Source of the DNA: Hydrolagus affinis
Lineage: Eukaryota
Direction: 5' to 3'
Length of the DNA stretch: 54,497 nt
Assembly (NCBI GenBank): GCA_012026655.1
Contig: JAAILG010002443.1
Span: forward strand, 1-54,497
The notes beneath the pieces were generated by a model. The model was given only the letters and a program-made list of their open reading frames with translations. It had not been told where the DNA came from and made no database searches. Positions 1-12,820 of this stretch are shown here, piece by piece. How positions within the stretch are numbered: the stretch's first letter is position 1; the number at the start of each line of letters is the position of its first letter. A program made the position numbers and the translations under genes.

Positions 1-590
1 CGGGCTGCTATGACAGCACGACTCCCGATCAGCTCCTCTCCCCCTCCCCGAAAGAGCGAGGCAGGGGACAGCTCTGGCTGGTTGGTGCCTGTCTCTGTGT
101 CTTTACCCGATGCCTGTTTCCCATAACCGCTGCCTGTCCGTCGTCATGTCTTTTAACTGTCGCTATTTGCCCCCTGCCCTTCTCCCCCTGGGCCTGTACT
201 CACCGTGTCTACACCGGGTGCCCTTATTACCTGGTGTCTGTCTGTCCATGTGCCTGGTAGTCTGTCTCTGCCCGTGTGTCTGTGTCTGCCCGTCTCTGCC
301 CCTGGTGTCTGTCTCTGTCCCTGGTCCCTTTGCCTGGTGCCTGTCCTCGTTGCCTGTCCATGTCCCTGGTGCCTGTCCCTATTCCCTGTGTCTGTACCTG
401 GTGCCTGTGGCTGGTGCCTGTACCTGGTGCCGCTTCTCCTGAGCTCCAGCGCCGCCTCCACCTCTCGAGCCCTGAACAAACTGTGAGGTGGGTGGTGGCG
501 GTGGGGGGGGTGGGGGTGGCAGCAGCGCCAGGTCAGCCCAGAGCATCTGTTAAACACTAACCCGTTCTTCCTCCTGCCTCGACCTCTCTT
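1..590. promoter_or_regulatory. GC/CpG-rich block, possibly the 5' region of a neighbouring gene
   Basis: Sharp GC and CpG enrichment relative to the AT-rich background; includes a G-rich tract at 487-518. It is truncated by the window edge. Confidence 0.45.
205..432. repeat. Degenerate minisatellite built from CCTGGTG(C/T)CTGT and GTGTCT units
   Basis: Recurrent cctggtgtctgt / cctggtgcctgt / tgtctgtctc motifs; these explain the low-complexity ORFs in several frames. Confidence 0.8.
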
Positions 591-699
591 CTATTTTATT
601 GGGCATCAACATGGCTATGTGTGTTTGTGTGTGTGTGTTCGTCTATTTAAGAGATGTTCTCATCCTTAACTATTCGTGCATTTGAATTTAAGTTGCTGC

Positions 700-1069
700 A
701 TAATAACCCTGACATTCGCATTTGATATAGCGCCTTATGGCGACTTGGAGGCGTCTCAAAGCGCTTCACAGAAGAGAATTTACCGCAAAGTGAATTGACG
801 GTATATTTTATGGGTGAGATGCGGCAGCCAATTGCGCACTGCTGTATCCCACAAACAGTTGGGGATTGAGTGACCAAATTATTTATTTATTTATTTGAAG
901 GGATTATTACCCCTGGAAGACCGATTCCCCCAATCGACTGACAACCGGATTCCTAATTACTGCTAGGTGAGCAGAAGTGTGTGGAGTAAGGAAACTTGCC
1001 CAATGTTTTGACCTGCGTGGGATTCAAACTCGGGTCCTCTTGCATACGAGGCGAGTGCTCAAACCATGA
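700..1069 (-). mobile_element. tRNA-derived SINE, long form
   Basis: The reverse complement has an A/B-box head, the body TGCGCAATTGGCTGC and the L2-like tail GAAGCGCTTTGAGACG...GGCGCTATATCAAATGC; homologous to 45017-45312. Confidence 0.85.
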
Positions 1070-1968
1070 AGGATCAATAGATGGAAAGTTTTACACATTT
1101 GAAAGCATCATTTGCTTTCGAGAAGATTGTGGCTCAAGGAAATGCAACATGAACCCAATGCTTTTGTCTAAAGTTCAGTACCCCACAAATGCAGTACTGG
1201 CACAATCATTTTATAATGAATTTATCATCTGATAAGATAACAGAAGTACATTAGAAACAATCTCCTACCCTTGGACTCCATATGCTGTTGATATCCAGCA
1301 TGGCATTTTTAAAAATAGTTTCACAATTAATTCTGCATATTTTATGATCAGTTCCTATTGATATGCTGCCTAGCTTGCATAATACATATCTGGGTTTTAA
1401 CATTCCTCACAGCACTGTTTTTAATTGACAGAACAGCAAGAACCATTGCAGGTTAACTTTCCACTGTTTTTCACACTTTGCAATTAATCAGATATTGTTA
1501 CCATGGCAAAGCATCCTGCAAGACATTTCACCACTTCATCATCTGCATACAAAGCAATGTACAAAAGCAGGATCAGCCATCTCTGGCACTTAGTGATCTT
1601 TAATTTCATTAAAAAATCAACCAGGTGGCATGTTAAAAGCTATATAATTCAACATACTTTGTTAATATCATTAATACATCATGTTTGGTTACGTGAGCAT
1701 GAACTTTGATTTTGGACTGCCATTTTGAAATTAAAATATTCTATGGAATATATACTGTAGCATCTTCTAAAACAATTAAGCAGTTTTCTTATTTGAGTAT
1801 TAATATTTGAGGAAAACTGCATTTGAATTAAAAAAATTACTTGCACTGCAATTGCAAGTTACAATCTTAACTCTTAAATCAGATCTTTTGTTTTTCTGTG
1901 ACTGATGAAAAAAATTTTGCTTAGACTTGGAGTGAATCAAATTGGATGGAAAATGGAGGGAGAGATTA

Positions 1969-2280
1969 CAATAATAATCCTTACCCTTGATATACTGTAG
2001 TGCTTTAATACATCATTAAAATGTTTCAAAGAGCTGCACATGATTTACAATGAAGTGCAATAACTAAGCAAATGCGACAGCCAATTTGCTCGCAGCAATG
2101 TCTGCAAACAGTTATGAAGGGAAATGCCAATTATTGGGGGGGATTGTTGACCAGGACACTAGAAACAACTCTTGAGATCTTTAATATCCACCTGAGTAGG
2201 CAGATGGGAGCTTGCTTTCATGCCTCTGATGAATGATCTGTTGTATACATCTCTAATGATGCAGTACAATGTGTCAGCCT
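1969..2280 (-). mobile_element. Deu-domain SINE fragment, degraded
   Basis: Reverse complement contains ctactcaggtggatattaaagatc...gtgtcctggtcaac plus an ATT-repeat tail; homologous to 8593-8960. Confidence 0.6.
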
Positions 2281-2529
2281 AGACTAAAGAAACACAGGGG
2301 AGGGAAACAGAAAAGAAAATGTGAGTGGAAATATTTGTATATATACATGAGAGTGAAATAGATGAAATGGGAAACAGAAATTTTTTGTCTGACGTGACCA
2401 GGTTGTGTCCCTCCAGAGAGAGACACACTGCTTACCTTGAGGCAAACATTCTGTGCATGCGTCAAGGTGAGCATGGATAGAACATCAAACATTTTATTTT
2501 TTAATGTTATTAAAGAGCAGGTTATAATG

Positions 2530-2780
2530 ATTAGCGTCCTTCGGACGAAACATTAAGGTGAGGTCCCATCTGCCCTGTTCAAATTGACAGTAAAGGCATT
2601 ATTACAGAATAGAAGAGAACTTCTCTCATCTAGTCTGGTCATCAATATTATGGGTATATTTAATTATTCACTTCATGACTGTTTGTCACACATTTCTGTG
2701 TACAAACTGGCTGCCACATTCACCTATGAAATAGTAGCTACACTACCTAATAAATCCTGTGAAGCATTTTGAGACGCCCT
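2530..2780 (+). mobile_element. Deu-domain SINE fragment, degraded
   Basis: cttcggacgaaacattaaggtgaggtcccatctgccctgttc...aaactggctgccacatt...tgtgaagcattttgagacg. Confidence 0.65.
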
Positions 2781-5326
2781 TCAAGCCCTAAAAACAACGG
2801 TTCAATAAAGGTCCTGTGAAGCTGGGTGGAGTATGCTTTGGTTAAGCAAATTGAGCTGCTTCTAAAAGTCCCAATTGTTCAACACCCATTTTACACTGCT
2901 GCCAAAATTGTGTTGAGTTCCTTGCCAAACAAGATGTATAAATGCAGACAAATGTCCTACAACTCTTAGTCAGGTCGCAGTTTTACATATGGTATTAAGT
3001 AACTGACCATATTTAAGTTACATTTTTAATGTGTCATAGGTGAGACATACGCTCATAAAAATACACCCAAATCAATAAGAACTCTATAACATGGCCTTGC
3101 TCATTTTTTAATGTATTTAATTTCCTTTAGCTAAAGTCATGGGATATTGATATTATTAGCTGGTAGCTGTATTTAGGTTCAGGTAAATTCATAGTGCATT
3201 GTTGCAGAGGAACTCTTAATCCATTGGGATGAGATTTTATTTGGTATTACTTGCTGAGCTCTGTGGAGTAAATGTAAATGCACTTTGAAATGTCTAGAAG
3301 ACGTGAAAAGCTTGACATCAAATGCAAGGATTATTATTAGTAGTACAGTTGTAGTAGTATTACTACATAAGAATTTCATGAATATTTCTGATCATTTTTC
3401 TCCCCATCTGAACAAGAGTTAGACATTTTCATTATATTTGTACGTTATTGAAATAAAAACTATTGTTGAATTTATTCCCCAAGGAGAATACAATAACACA
3501 ATAAATAACTGCAAAGTAAATGGTATCCCAGGTAACTAAAGGTGAGAGCTCAATATGGTCCCAAAACTGAACTCCTTCATTGCAAATAGACCTGGCTGGG
3601 AATATAGATTTGACAATGTACTACAATAAGCCCTTTCATATAATTCAGTTGAATTATTTTATTCTTCAAAAGTCCATTGTATGACAATAAATGTGATAGC
3701 ATTATTTTGTAATTCGAATCTACATTTTATAATGGCAATTCACTGAGACATAAGTTGCAAACAATTAAATAAAAGAGGCATTGAGTCAATTCTAAGGCTG
3801 GCTCCCATTGAATCAACAACCTCCCTCCTGAATAAAATGGCTTTCATAACAGCTGATAAACATTGAACAAATAAGTTGTAAAAATTCTTGGGATGGCCAA
3901 TATATTTTTAATGTTATTAAAGATTCAGTAACGCTCTAGCTCTTTAATGCCATTCAGATCAAAGAGCATTTGACATTTGTTAGCAGTACTGTGCACATAC
4001 AATTAAGCACACAGCAGACATTTTCAGTGCCCCACCTTCCAGTGAGAGCTTTTGAGCTGTGTAATGTGAATCCATTTTCTTAGTGCTTATCACCCTGCAA
4101 GTGAAAGCAATGTCAAATGCTCTAGGAATATCTGATGTGGATTGAAACCCACTTCTGGGAGTGGAATCATTGCACACAATTTCCTTATCCAAATTAACAA
4201 TAATGCCTTATGTTTAAAGTGTCTGGTAAATTTCTGTGTCAACATGTCAGATATATTTTTCAATAGGATGAAAAGCTTAATGCAAACAAAGTTTAAAATG
4301 TGCCCAAGAAGCGTGCAATCAATGTTTGAGTTTAAAAAAATGCAGCTAAATCATGAACACTAGTTTTGTTTCCAAGTGACAACACAGACAAAGCCTGAAG
4401 TCTGTGCCGCTGCTAAATCATAAATAAATGGACATTGGCACCTAAGGCATCACATTAATACTGCTCTGTTGTGAATTCTTGCAAGCATCATGCCTCATTG
4501 CTAACTGGGATGAATACAGCATTTGCTTTACTTGGTGCAGAAGGAAACTCATGGGTTGGCCCACTACACTGACACAATTTATCGTCATGATGGAGGGAAA
4601 CTCAGCCCCAACGTATCTTTCATTCCAGCATTTTAAAGCTGTTTTCAGTTCCTGATTAATTAAGACTTTGGAAATCTTACTAGGAAAATTTGAGTAGTGC
4701 ACAGCTGGATTGTTGAAACTTTTTCCAAATAAGTGTTTGGCTCTGGTTAATATCAAAACTGAAACTATGTAATGAGAGAGTCAATTTAAGATTATTTTCT
4801 CTGCCAGAAACAAATGAGTTTTGATCCAACCTTATGATAAAATTGGTGTGGAAGATTACTTAACTCTGCAGTATGGTTCTGGATCACGTTTATTAGAACA
4901 AGTTGGGGTTTTTATTTTTGTAGTAATCAATACTATGAGACTTGAGTACACCTTGGCTCAATTCCATAAAGTTGATTGGTGTGCTAAATGGCAGGAACAG
5001 TGTCTTCTGAGATGGCCATTTATAGAGAGATACCTTTACAATGTCAAGGGCACAGGTCACCCTCCGATATAATTCTCTGTCTGACTGTGATTAATACTAT
5101 TCCCCAAATCCCAGGTAAGAATGTCTGTTTTCTTAAGACCTTAAGAAAGGTCTATTCATACAGATGAATTTCTATTAATTGATGTACTCCTCTTGCTTTA
5201 CAGAATCAATTTATTTTTTTCCTATTTAAAAAAATTAGTTTCACAGAAATAGTGCATTATTTGTGGAGTAATAATAATATACTACATCTTGTATCTGAGT
5301 ACTGTATTTAGAGTTTTATAAGTATG

Positions 5327-5612
5327 TGCCGTGTCACATCTTCGTAAAGCCTCAGAATATACTGTAAAGTGAATTGACTTTATATTTTGGGGGTGAAACA
5401 CAGCAGCCAATTGCGTACATGAGTGTTGCACAACAGTTATGGATTGAATGACCACATTTATAAAAAAAATATTTTTAAAGGGATTATTACCCATGGAAAA
5501 GCGATCTGCGAATTGACCAAGAACGAGTACCTACTTATTGCTAGGTAAAAAGAGGCATGTGGAGTAAGGAAACTTGCCTAACATTTTGCCCTGACCCAGA
5601 TTCAAACATAGA
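5327..5612 (-). mobile_element. tRNA-derived SINE, long form, truncated at both ends
   Basis: Collinear with 700-1069 (gcagccaattgcg, gggattattaccc, tggagtaaggaaacttgcc); the 3' tail is missing. Confidence 0.85.
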
Positions 5613-6074
5613 TATGGGGAGAATATAATTGGGATTGGGTGATTACATAATTTTTTAGACCCTATTCGGTAATTGGCATCATTCCAGTGATTAAACACTA
5701 GTATTTTAAGTACATAATCATTGCTTAATGATGTACAGTACTCATTTCTGAGTGAAAAGCATTTGTTGGTGATATCTTAAGTATCTCATTAAGAGGGGTA
5801 AACGCACTTAGATATATAAATATTGTTTTCTGGTTTAAGAGATAGCTTACAATCATTATGAAAGTGCCAGACCAAAGTCACAGGCACATTTAACATTTGC
5901 TTTCAAGTTCTTTTTATGCAGTCTTGAGAGGTAGGAGATGCACTTTATTTCCATGCCAAGAATTAAAGTAATTTTCCAAAGGATTTTTAGATTTATGTTG
6001 CAACTCAAATGAATTCCAAAAATTAACAATTCAGAAATCTAACCTGGCCAAAGCAATACAGCAAAACAATTTGT

Positions 6075-6377
6075 GGAGTCCTGTAGTTCAGTGGTTAGAG
6101 CTTTGCAAGCACGAGACCTGGGTTGGATTCCCAGCAGGGCGAAACCTTGGACAACTTTGCTTATTGCACATGCCTTCTAATAATCCCTCAAAAAACACCA
6201 ATAATAATTTGGTCACTCAATCCATGACTGTTTGTGGTATACTGCTGTGTGCAACTGGCTGCTGCGTTTTGCGCACAAATATATAGTCAATTCACTGTAC
6301 AATATATTCTGTAAAGCGCTTTGAGACGTCAAGAAGACGTGAAAGCATTATATAAAATGCAAGGATTATTATTATTA
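6075..6377 (+). mobile_element. tRNA-derived SINE, short form, near full length
   Basis: GGAGTCCTGTAGTTCAGTGG head and (ATT)n tail; possible degenerate target-site duplication tacagcaa(a/g)ac. Confidence 0.9.
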
Positions 6378-7584
6378 CAGCAAGACTGTTGAACAAATCA
6401 CCCCATACTTATAAAACTCTAAATACAGTACTCAGAAACAAGATGTAGTTTATTTTTCCACTGCGTTCGAGCTTCAGGTCTTCAAGTGCAATTGAATGAG
6501 TTAATCATCTGACGCTGAACAGAAGTTTCAAATTCAAGTCCTGTGTGTTCTCCTCCATCTCTCTCAATCTGCAGACACGTAATAGTCTCTACCTTTTCCA
6601 ATTGAATTTTGAAACTGAAAGCCTTGACCCAATTTCTGAGCTGGAATCTCCCAGTTTTGCAAATCTTAAATCTAGTCAGATTACACTAGCATTACAGAAA
6701 TACTGCCTGATGCAAACAGACAGTCATGCAGATCAACCAACTTGATCTGCCTATTCCACATGAGCAATCAAGGGGTACAGTCAATTTGAATGATTTTTTA
6801 AAGAACATCAGCACTGCTCTAATTTTTTTTGCTGAAATAATGATTCTAAATTAATTTTCATTTTACTGTAATATGAAGTATATTTTCTGGTGACTGTAAT
6901 AGAAAATATGCATCTTGTGTAAAACAAGCGAATAAAACTCACTGATAAATAAAGACTAGAGGAATAATAAAACAGTGCTCATGCCAAGAAAGAGACTAAA
7001 GGAGATCTAATTGAAACCATCTATAGCATTATCTGCAAACAAATGACATTACAGTAACTATCAGCTGTCACTACAGTGACTGTATTGTGACTAGTTGCAA
7101 GATGGTATTGTTGCAGTTCACTCCAAGACACCATTATATGTCTCTGTGAGAGCTGTTGTGAAATGTGGGTAAAATAAACCTAGAGAACGAGTGACTTCAG
7201 TGATGTCTTGGCTTTGCATTAGCTCCTGGTGTACATTGTTATGAAAACCCCAGAATAGGTCAGGTTAACATCAGTATTAGTTGCCATGGATTTTAGATTG
7301 ATTTTCTGGTGTTTATAAAAAATAAAGACAAGAAATCATTCATCACATTGTTTTTTTGAAGCTTTGAATTTTAAATATAAAAATTGCAACAACCTAACAG
7401 TAGATCATGAATGTAGTGACTCGATCTACTTTTCCTAATGTTTGATTGCCCTGACATTCAAATCAAATGTATACAGTGCAGTGACGCAACACTAAATTTC
7501 ACCAGTGAAAGTGAGATTTTACACAATTTCTCAGTATCAGTTTCAGGTACAGATATCCACAAACAAATGAACAATATTGAGGAC

Positions 7585-8010
7585 AAAACCATAGAAATGT
7601 AAGGCCTTCTAGCCCAGTGGGTCTGTGTTAACTCCCTCAAGAGCAATCCTATTAGTCCCATTTACCTTACCTTTCCGCCTATCCCTGCAGCTGACTCGTT
7701 TTGAGGTATTTATCTAGTTGCTTCTTGAAGGCCAATATGGATTCTGCCTCAACCGAAGCTCCTGGCAGGGCATGTCATATAACTACTCTGTGTGTGAGAA
7801 ATGATTCACTGCCTCCCAATTTGCTAGTTTACTATCTTAATTGATGCCTTTAAATTAACTAACTCATTGACCAGTGGAAATGATTTCTCCCAATTGACCA
7901 GTAACCCCTCTCATAATTTCAAAGACTTCAAACTTCTTTATTTCAGCAGGAAAATCTCCAGTTCCTCCTGCCTCTGCTCATAAGTCAAACAGCTCATTCC
8001 TGATAGCATG
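7585..8010 (-). mobile_element. CR1-type LINE 3' fragment
   Basis: Reverse complement resembles the CR1 3' end at 22632-23072 (ttcaagaagcaactagataaatacctc...atgggactaatagg...agaaggcctt...ttctatg). Confidence 0.6.
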
Positions 8011-8592
8011 TAACTGAAAGGGATTTCAAGTTGAATATAATAAAAATTGTCAATAACCAGATCTTTCCAAACCATGTGAAATTCTATTCAAGCCCATCGG
8101 GTCTTTTTTTTTCATTCCAACATTACAGATGTTGTTCCATATCTTACCTAATCAGCCGATAAAAATACTTTGGGCTTCAGTGGCTTTGCTAATTTGTACA
8201 CGATCGTTTGGTCTGGTATGACAGGGAAAGGTCATATTCAGTGCAAGTCATCATTCATTTGTGCTTGGGCAAAGATTAGTGCCCCAAATAGTAAATGAAC
8301 CTCAAGCTATAATGGTTGAATAAGTGAAGGCCATAGACCAAGAGGATACGACATTTAGGTCTTGAGGACATCCCAGCACCTTGAGATGTCCTCTGGACGT
8401 GAAAGGCTCTATTGCAAGGTACTTCAGCCTCTGAGAAAAGGGCAGAGGTTATTTAATTGGTTGGAAAGTAGCAGATTTAGTAACAAACTGGAAAGGAACT
8501 AAGACATTTTTCTGATAAAGGGTGAAATAACTAGCAGTTTCATCATCAGGCATCTTTTACAAATGTAATTTTGTTATTGTTGTTGTTTTAAC

Positions 8593-8960
8593 CTGGCTCA
8601 GTTGGTGGCAATCTCCCTTCTGAGTCAGAAGATTGTGTGTTCAAGCCTCACAATGGAACTTTGAGCTCATAGTAACTGTGAGCTACAGGCTGACACTCCA
8701 ATTCAGCATTGGGGAAGCACTGCATTGTTGGAATTGCCCTTGTTCGGATGAGGCATCAAACTGAGTTGTGTGTTCAGGTGGATGATAAAGATCCCTTAGC
8801 ATGACTCGAAAATAATCATAGTCATGGCTGTTTGTGATACGTTAATAGCTGTGTGCAAATTGGCTGTCACGTTAGCCTACATAATACACAATACAAAAAT
8901 TGCTGCACTGTACAGTAAATCCTGGGAAGCGATTCAAGACACTTTGACGATCTGAGAGGA
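8593..8960 (+). mobile_element. Deu-domain SINE (AmnSINE1/SacSINE1 superfamily type)
   Basis: tRNA-like head tggctcagttggt...gttcaagcc, Deu-type core ttcggatgag...ttcaggtggatgataaagatccc, and 3' part gtgcaaattggctg. Confidence 0.75.
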
Positions 8961-9130
8961 ATTAACATAGTTGTCATTGGCTGGATCATCATTTGTAAAG
9001 ATTGCTGGTGAAAAGGGAGACATTAAATTGCATTATTATAGAATTATTATTATACAATAGTATATTATTATCATATGGAGACCTGTTGCCTGCAATAATC
9101 AGAGCAGATCAATGGAGGGGATACGTGATG

Positions 9131-9153
9131 CACACACACACACACACACACAC
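9131..9153. repeat. (CA)11 microsatellite
   Basis: Read directly from the sequence. Confidence 0.95.
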
Positions 9154-10175
9154 TGCTAGAGTTTTTTTTCTTACCCATGATATGACCTTGTAATCCTTGA
9201 TAGCAGTGGGAACACTCTGATAGACCATAGATAGCTGTGCTGTGCACTTTGTATGGCAAAAGGGGAGATATAGTAATCAGAATAGATGGATTCATAGTTA
9301 AAATCAGAAAATGTAGTCCTTAATTCTGTTGCCAGATTAGACTGGCAACCATCCCCGACTCAAATGGTTTTATTGTAATGCATACGATCAGTCAGAATGC
9401 AGCCATTGTTAGAATGGTCTTAACGTCCCATGCAGAGTATAACAGGGCGCGTTGTCACTATATTACTGCACCACTGCATAGAATTTAAATTCATTTTCTA
9501 GTTTAGACAGTTTTGCTTTCATATCAATTCTGTGATTGTCGGAAAAGTCTGTGCTGAGCACTGGGTGTGAAGTGAATAGATTTAAAATGGAGCAGTCTGA
9601 AAGCAGAGAATGTCGGAGCATCGATGCAATATGCCACAGAACAAGGGCTGCTTTGTATCAACACAGCACATTTATGTTCTTGTCTGACCCATAAGGAGGA
9701 GGCAGTGAGCAGCAACAAAACTCAGTACTGTACACACAGAGGAGGAAAGAAAAACAAATAGCCTGCCACACCCCTAAGCATGATAGGGCACTGACTCTGG
9801 CTTGTGAACAGGTTCCATGCTTGGCATTTCGACACCTAAAAAGAAAAGGAAAACATGAATCTAAAACAGCACTTCGTTCAATAATCATATGAATGAAAAG
9901 GTTGAGGCGAAATATACCAACATTTAAAGGGGCTGTGTTATATTTGCATTCTACTGCTTGCTAAATTATAACTTTATGTAAACATTTTTTCACAGCTACT
10001 GTTCATACTACAGTTTTAACTTCAGAGAATGTCTCAAAGTGCTTTACAAGGGTGGAGTATACTCCAGTACTTAAGTACAAATTCACATAATGAACAGTTA
10101 CGTATGAACTGAATACGATTAGGATAAAGCAGTTTGGTCCCTTAACAGAAATCTACTTTAACTGACAGATGTTTC

Positions 10176-10194
10176 TGGACAGCAGGTGGCACTC
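10176..10194 (+). promoter_or_regulatory. Candidate CTCF binding motif
   Basis: TGGACAGCAGGTGGCACTC compared with the consensus TGGCCASYAGRKGGCRSYV. Confidence 0.5.
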
Positions 10195-10721
10195 TTTCAT
10201 GACCTTAACTACAGGGCCACTGAATCTCAAAATCTATTAGTTTTTGAATGCTGGCCTGACCTACATACCTTGTGTTGTTTCTACACAGCAAAGACAAAAT
10301 TGTATTGTTACAGAATGAAATATTATAAAATATACCTTATAGATTAACATATTTGCACATCCTTTGTCTTCTTGAGATTACCACCGAGTAAAATATTGAA
10401 TATGCTTCCAAGTATGTTAATATACAATAAAAGCTTGTTGACAATTTGCTGAAAATTGCTACTCAACTTCTGTGACACAAGATTATGATGTGAAATTCAC
10501 AAATGACAACCCAAGTCAAGACATTCAGATAATTTGAAAAGAAAAAGAAAAAAAAATGAAATGATACAAGGGAGAAAAAGCAAAAAAATGTGATGAGTTC
10601 TTAACTGTAACACATAGCAAATATGGCAAAGGCACCATGGCTGAACAGTCTCCTCTACTGAAATTTCTACAATTCTAAGTACTCTTTATAGCTTTGCAAT
10701 GCCATCAAAACCAGAACACCA

Positions 10722-10762
10722 TACATTTCATCACTAAGGCAGTACATTTCATCACTAAGGCA
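10722..10762. repeat. Tandem duplication, period 21
   Basis: tacatttcatcactaaggca g tacatttcatcactaaggca. Confidence 0.95.
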
Positions 10763-11298
10763 TACTACTGTACTAAAACCTCCTGCTGGATAAAATAACA
10801 ACTGTGGGATACAAGTATTACCCAAATCAACGTCACTCAAGGTTCCATTTCCATCTCGTTAAACAATTAGTGAAAATCTATTGTGATTTGTGGCATAACT
10901 CATCTTAAAGTGGCAGATTGCCATTCAGGAATCATGAAAATACCATCTAAAAAGATGAGATCATTGGCTCACCCAAGACCACAATATTTATCACTGCCCC
11001 AACAAATATTATTTTTCAGAGCATCAATAATTTAACACAATTTAGCACATATATCAACTAAAGTAACTATTTACCAATTTTCTTAGGGCAAGATTAATAT
11101 AGCCCTTAATTTATCTAATCATTACATTATCATAGGCATTGTGTAGAATCATTAAAAGGTTCAGTCCATTTCCTGAAGGTTAACTGTGGTTTACTATATT
11201 TGGAGCACAAGTCAACAAATTGTAATCATAACTAAAACACTCAGTGATAGAATTTAATCTTAAATCTTTTATCAATCAAGTTTCCAATGTTGGCTTTA

Positions 11299-11990
11299 GT
11301 TCAACAATAACTTGGATTTATATAGTGCTCTTGATGTGGGGTAGGGTCCTGGAGAGCTTGACAGTGGTGGAGTCTGACACTGAGCCAGGGGGAGAGGGAG
11401 GGAGGAGGTGATCGTGACCCAAAGGAAGGTCTTCAGTGCAATTTGAAAAGATAGCAAGAGGGTAAGGCAGAGGATTTGTTGAGAAAGTTCCAGAGTTTTG
11501 GGCCATAGTGGTTGAAGGCAGGCCACCGATGGTGGAGGAGGCAAGGGGCAAACAGGAGGCTGGAGCCGGCTTAGCGGATGCAGTGGGTGGTGGGGTTGGA
11601 TGTAAGCAGATTGGATAGGTAGGAAGGTGTGAGGGCATAAAGTGATTTGAAAACGAGTGAGAGGATCTTGAAATCGATCCGTTCGGTAATTGGGAGTTGA
11701 TGAAGCCTGGCAAGGACTGGAGTGGATACGAAGTTTGGTGCGGATGAGTATCCGGCAGCGGTGTTTAAATTGATTGAATTTTGTGTATGGTGGAAGTTGG
11801 GGAGAGCAATGAGGAGGGAATCGGTATAGACCAGCTGGGAAGTGGTGAAGGTATGGAGGAGAGTTTCGGGTGTGTTGGTTGAGAGGTACGGACCGAGGCT
11901 GGCAATGTGATGGAGGTGGAAAAAGAGAATCAGGGAAAGGATGTGGGGTAGAAAGTTCAGTATGAATTGCCAGCTTGGACTGGTATAGAC
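11299..11990 (-). mobile_element. L2 (LINE2) 3' fragment with decayed ORF2 C-terminus
   Basis: The translation FFHLHHIASLGPYLS...ETLLHTFTTSQL...TPVLARLHQLPITERIDFKILSLVFKSLYALTPSYLSNLL matches the L2 ORF2 end; (TTG)-type tail. Confidence 0.9.
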
Positions 11991-12774
11991 CATGCTCCTA
12001 ATGTCTAAAAAGAAAACAAACTAGATTCTCCTGACTGTTTAATGGGCCTTTGAACATTTAGAAAGGGAAATTACTACAGGTGCTCAGTTTGCCGTTGGGC
12101 AGAATATTAGAAGGTTATGGCACTGTACAGGAGCCAATAATCAGGACTGTTATATTAATAACATGCTTAAGTAAAACAATGGTGCCTTTGTGCTTGTGTA
12201 TAGTCAAGCAGCAGACTAGTTATAATGCTTGGTTGGAGCAGTATTTCAAGATCCCAATTCTTTCAAATGTTTAATTAACAATAAAATGTGTTTTAAACCC
12301 TTTGTGCTTATACTTTAAACCATTTTTGACATGGGATAGAAGTTTAAGCAATAAATACAAATTAGTATTTTCCAAAAGTCTTTTTAAACATTAAAAAAAA
12401 TTCTTGTTCTATCCTGTTGCCTCATGTAGGTGGGAGGCAATCTAAACCACATACATCTACATAATTTTTTTTTAATAAATCTTCTGTTGATGCAGCTCCA
12501 TCGTCAAGAGGGTCAGTTTTATTGAATTGTTGGATCTGAATTGCTGAGTACCTGACTCACTAAAACTAAACAGAGGCAACTGAACTGGAGCAATAATTGA
12601 CCCTAAAACTTGCAGCTTCCTGGTAGACAATTAAACATTCAACTGTTTGAGATATTAAACTCAAGTACTTCCATTTTAAATAACTGACATAATCTTTTAA
12701 CTTTCTACTTAGTAAACATGCGATTTCTCTTAGAATTCTTTTTCCTCATCCTGAGGTTGAAGAACTGATTATCC

Positions 12775-12820
12775 AGGGGCCGAATGGCCTACTCCTGCTC
12801 CTAATTCTTATGTTCTTATG
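12775..12820 (+). mobile_element. Very short CR1-type 3' tail
   Basis: gggccgaatggcctactcctgctcctaattcttatgttcttatg. Confidence 0.7.

Noticed and set aside
110-560. Overlapping ORFs of 93-134 aa on both strands
   Set aside because: They are low-complexity translations of a stop-poor minisatellite, with no recognisable domain.
4442-4756. 104-aa ORF in unique sequence
   Set aside because: It has a non-ATG start, no recognisable homology and no convincing splice context.
6450-6680. Possible first coding exon of a neighbouring gene (ATG GAG GAG on the minus strand)
   Set aside because: The frame closes after 17 codons and does not resemble the PHYHIPL N-terminus as I recall it.
11296-11993. 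Three ORFs of 82-140 aa as a gene
   Set aside because: They are frames of a 5'-truncated L2 relic with no RT core.
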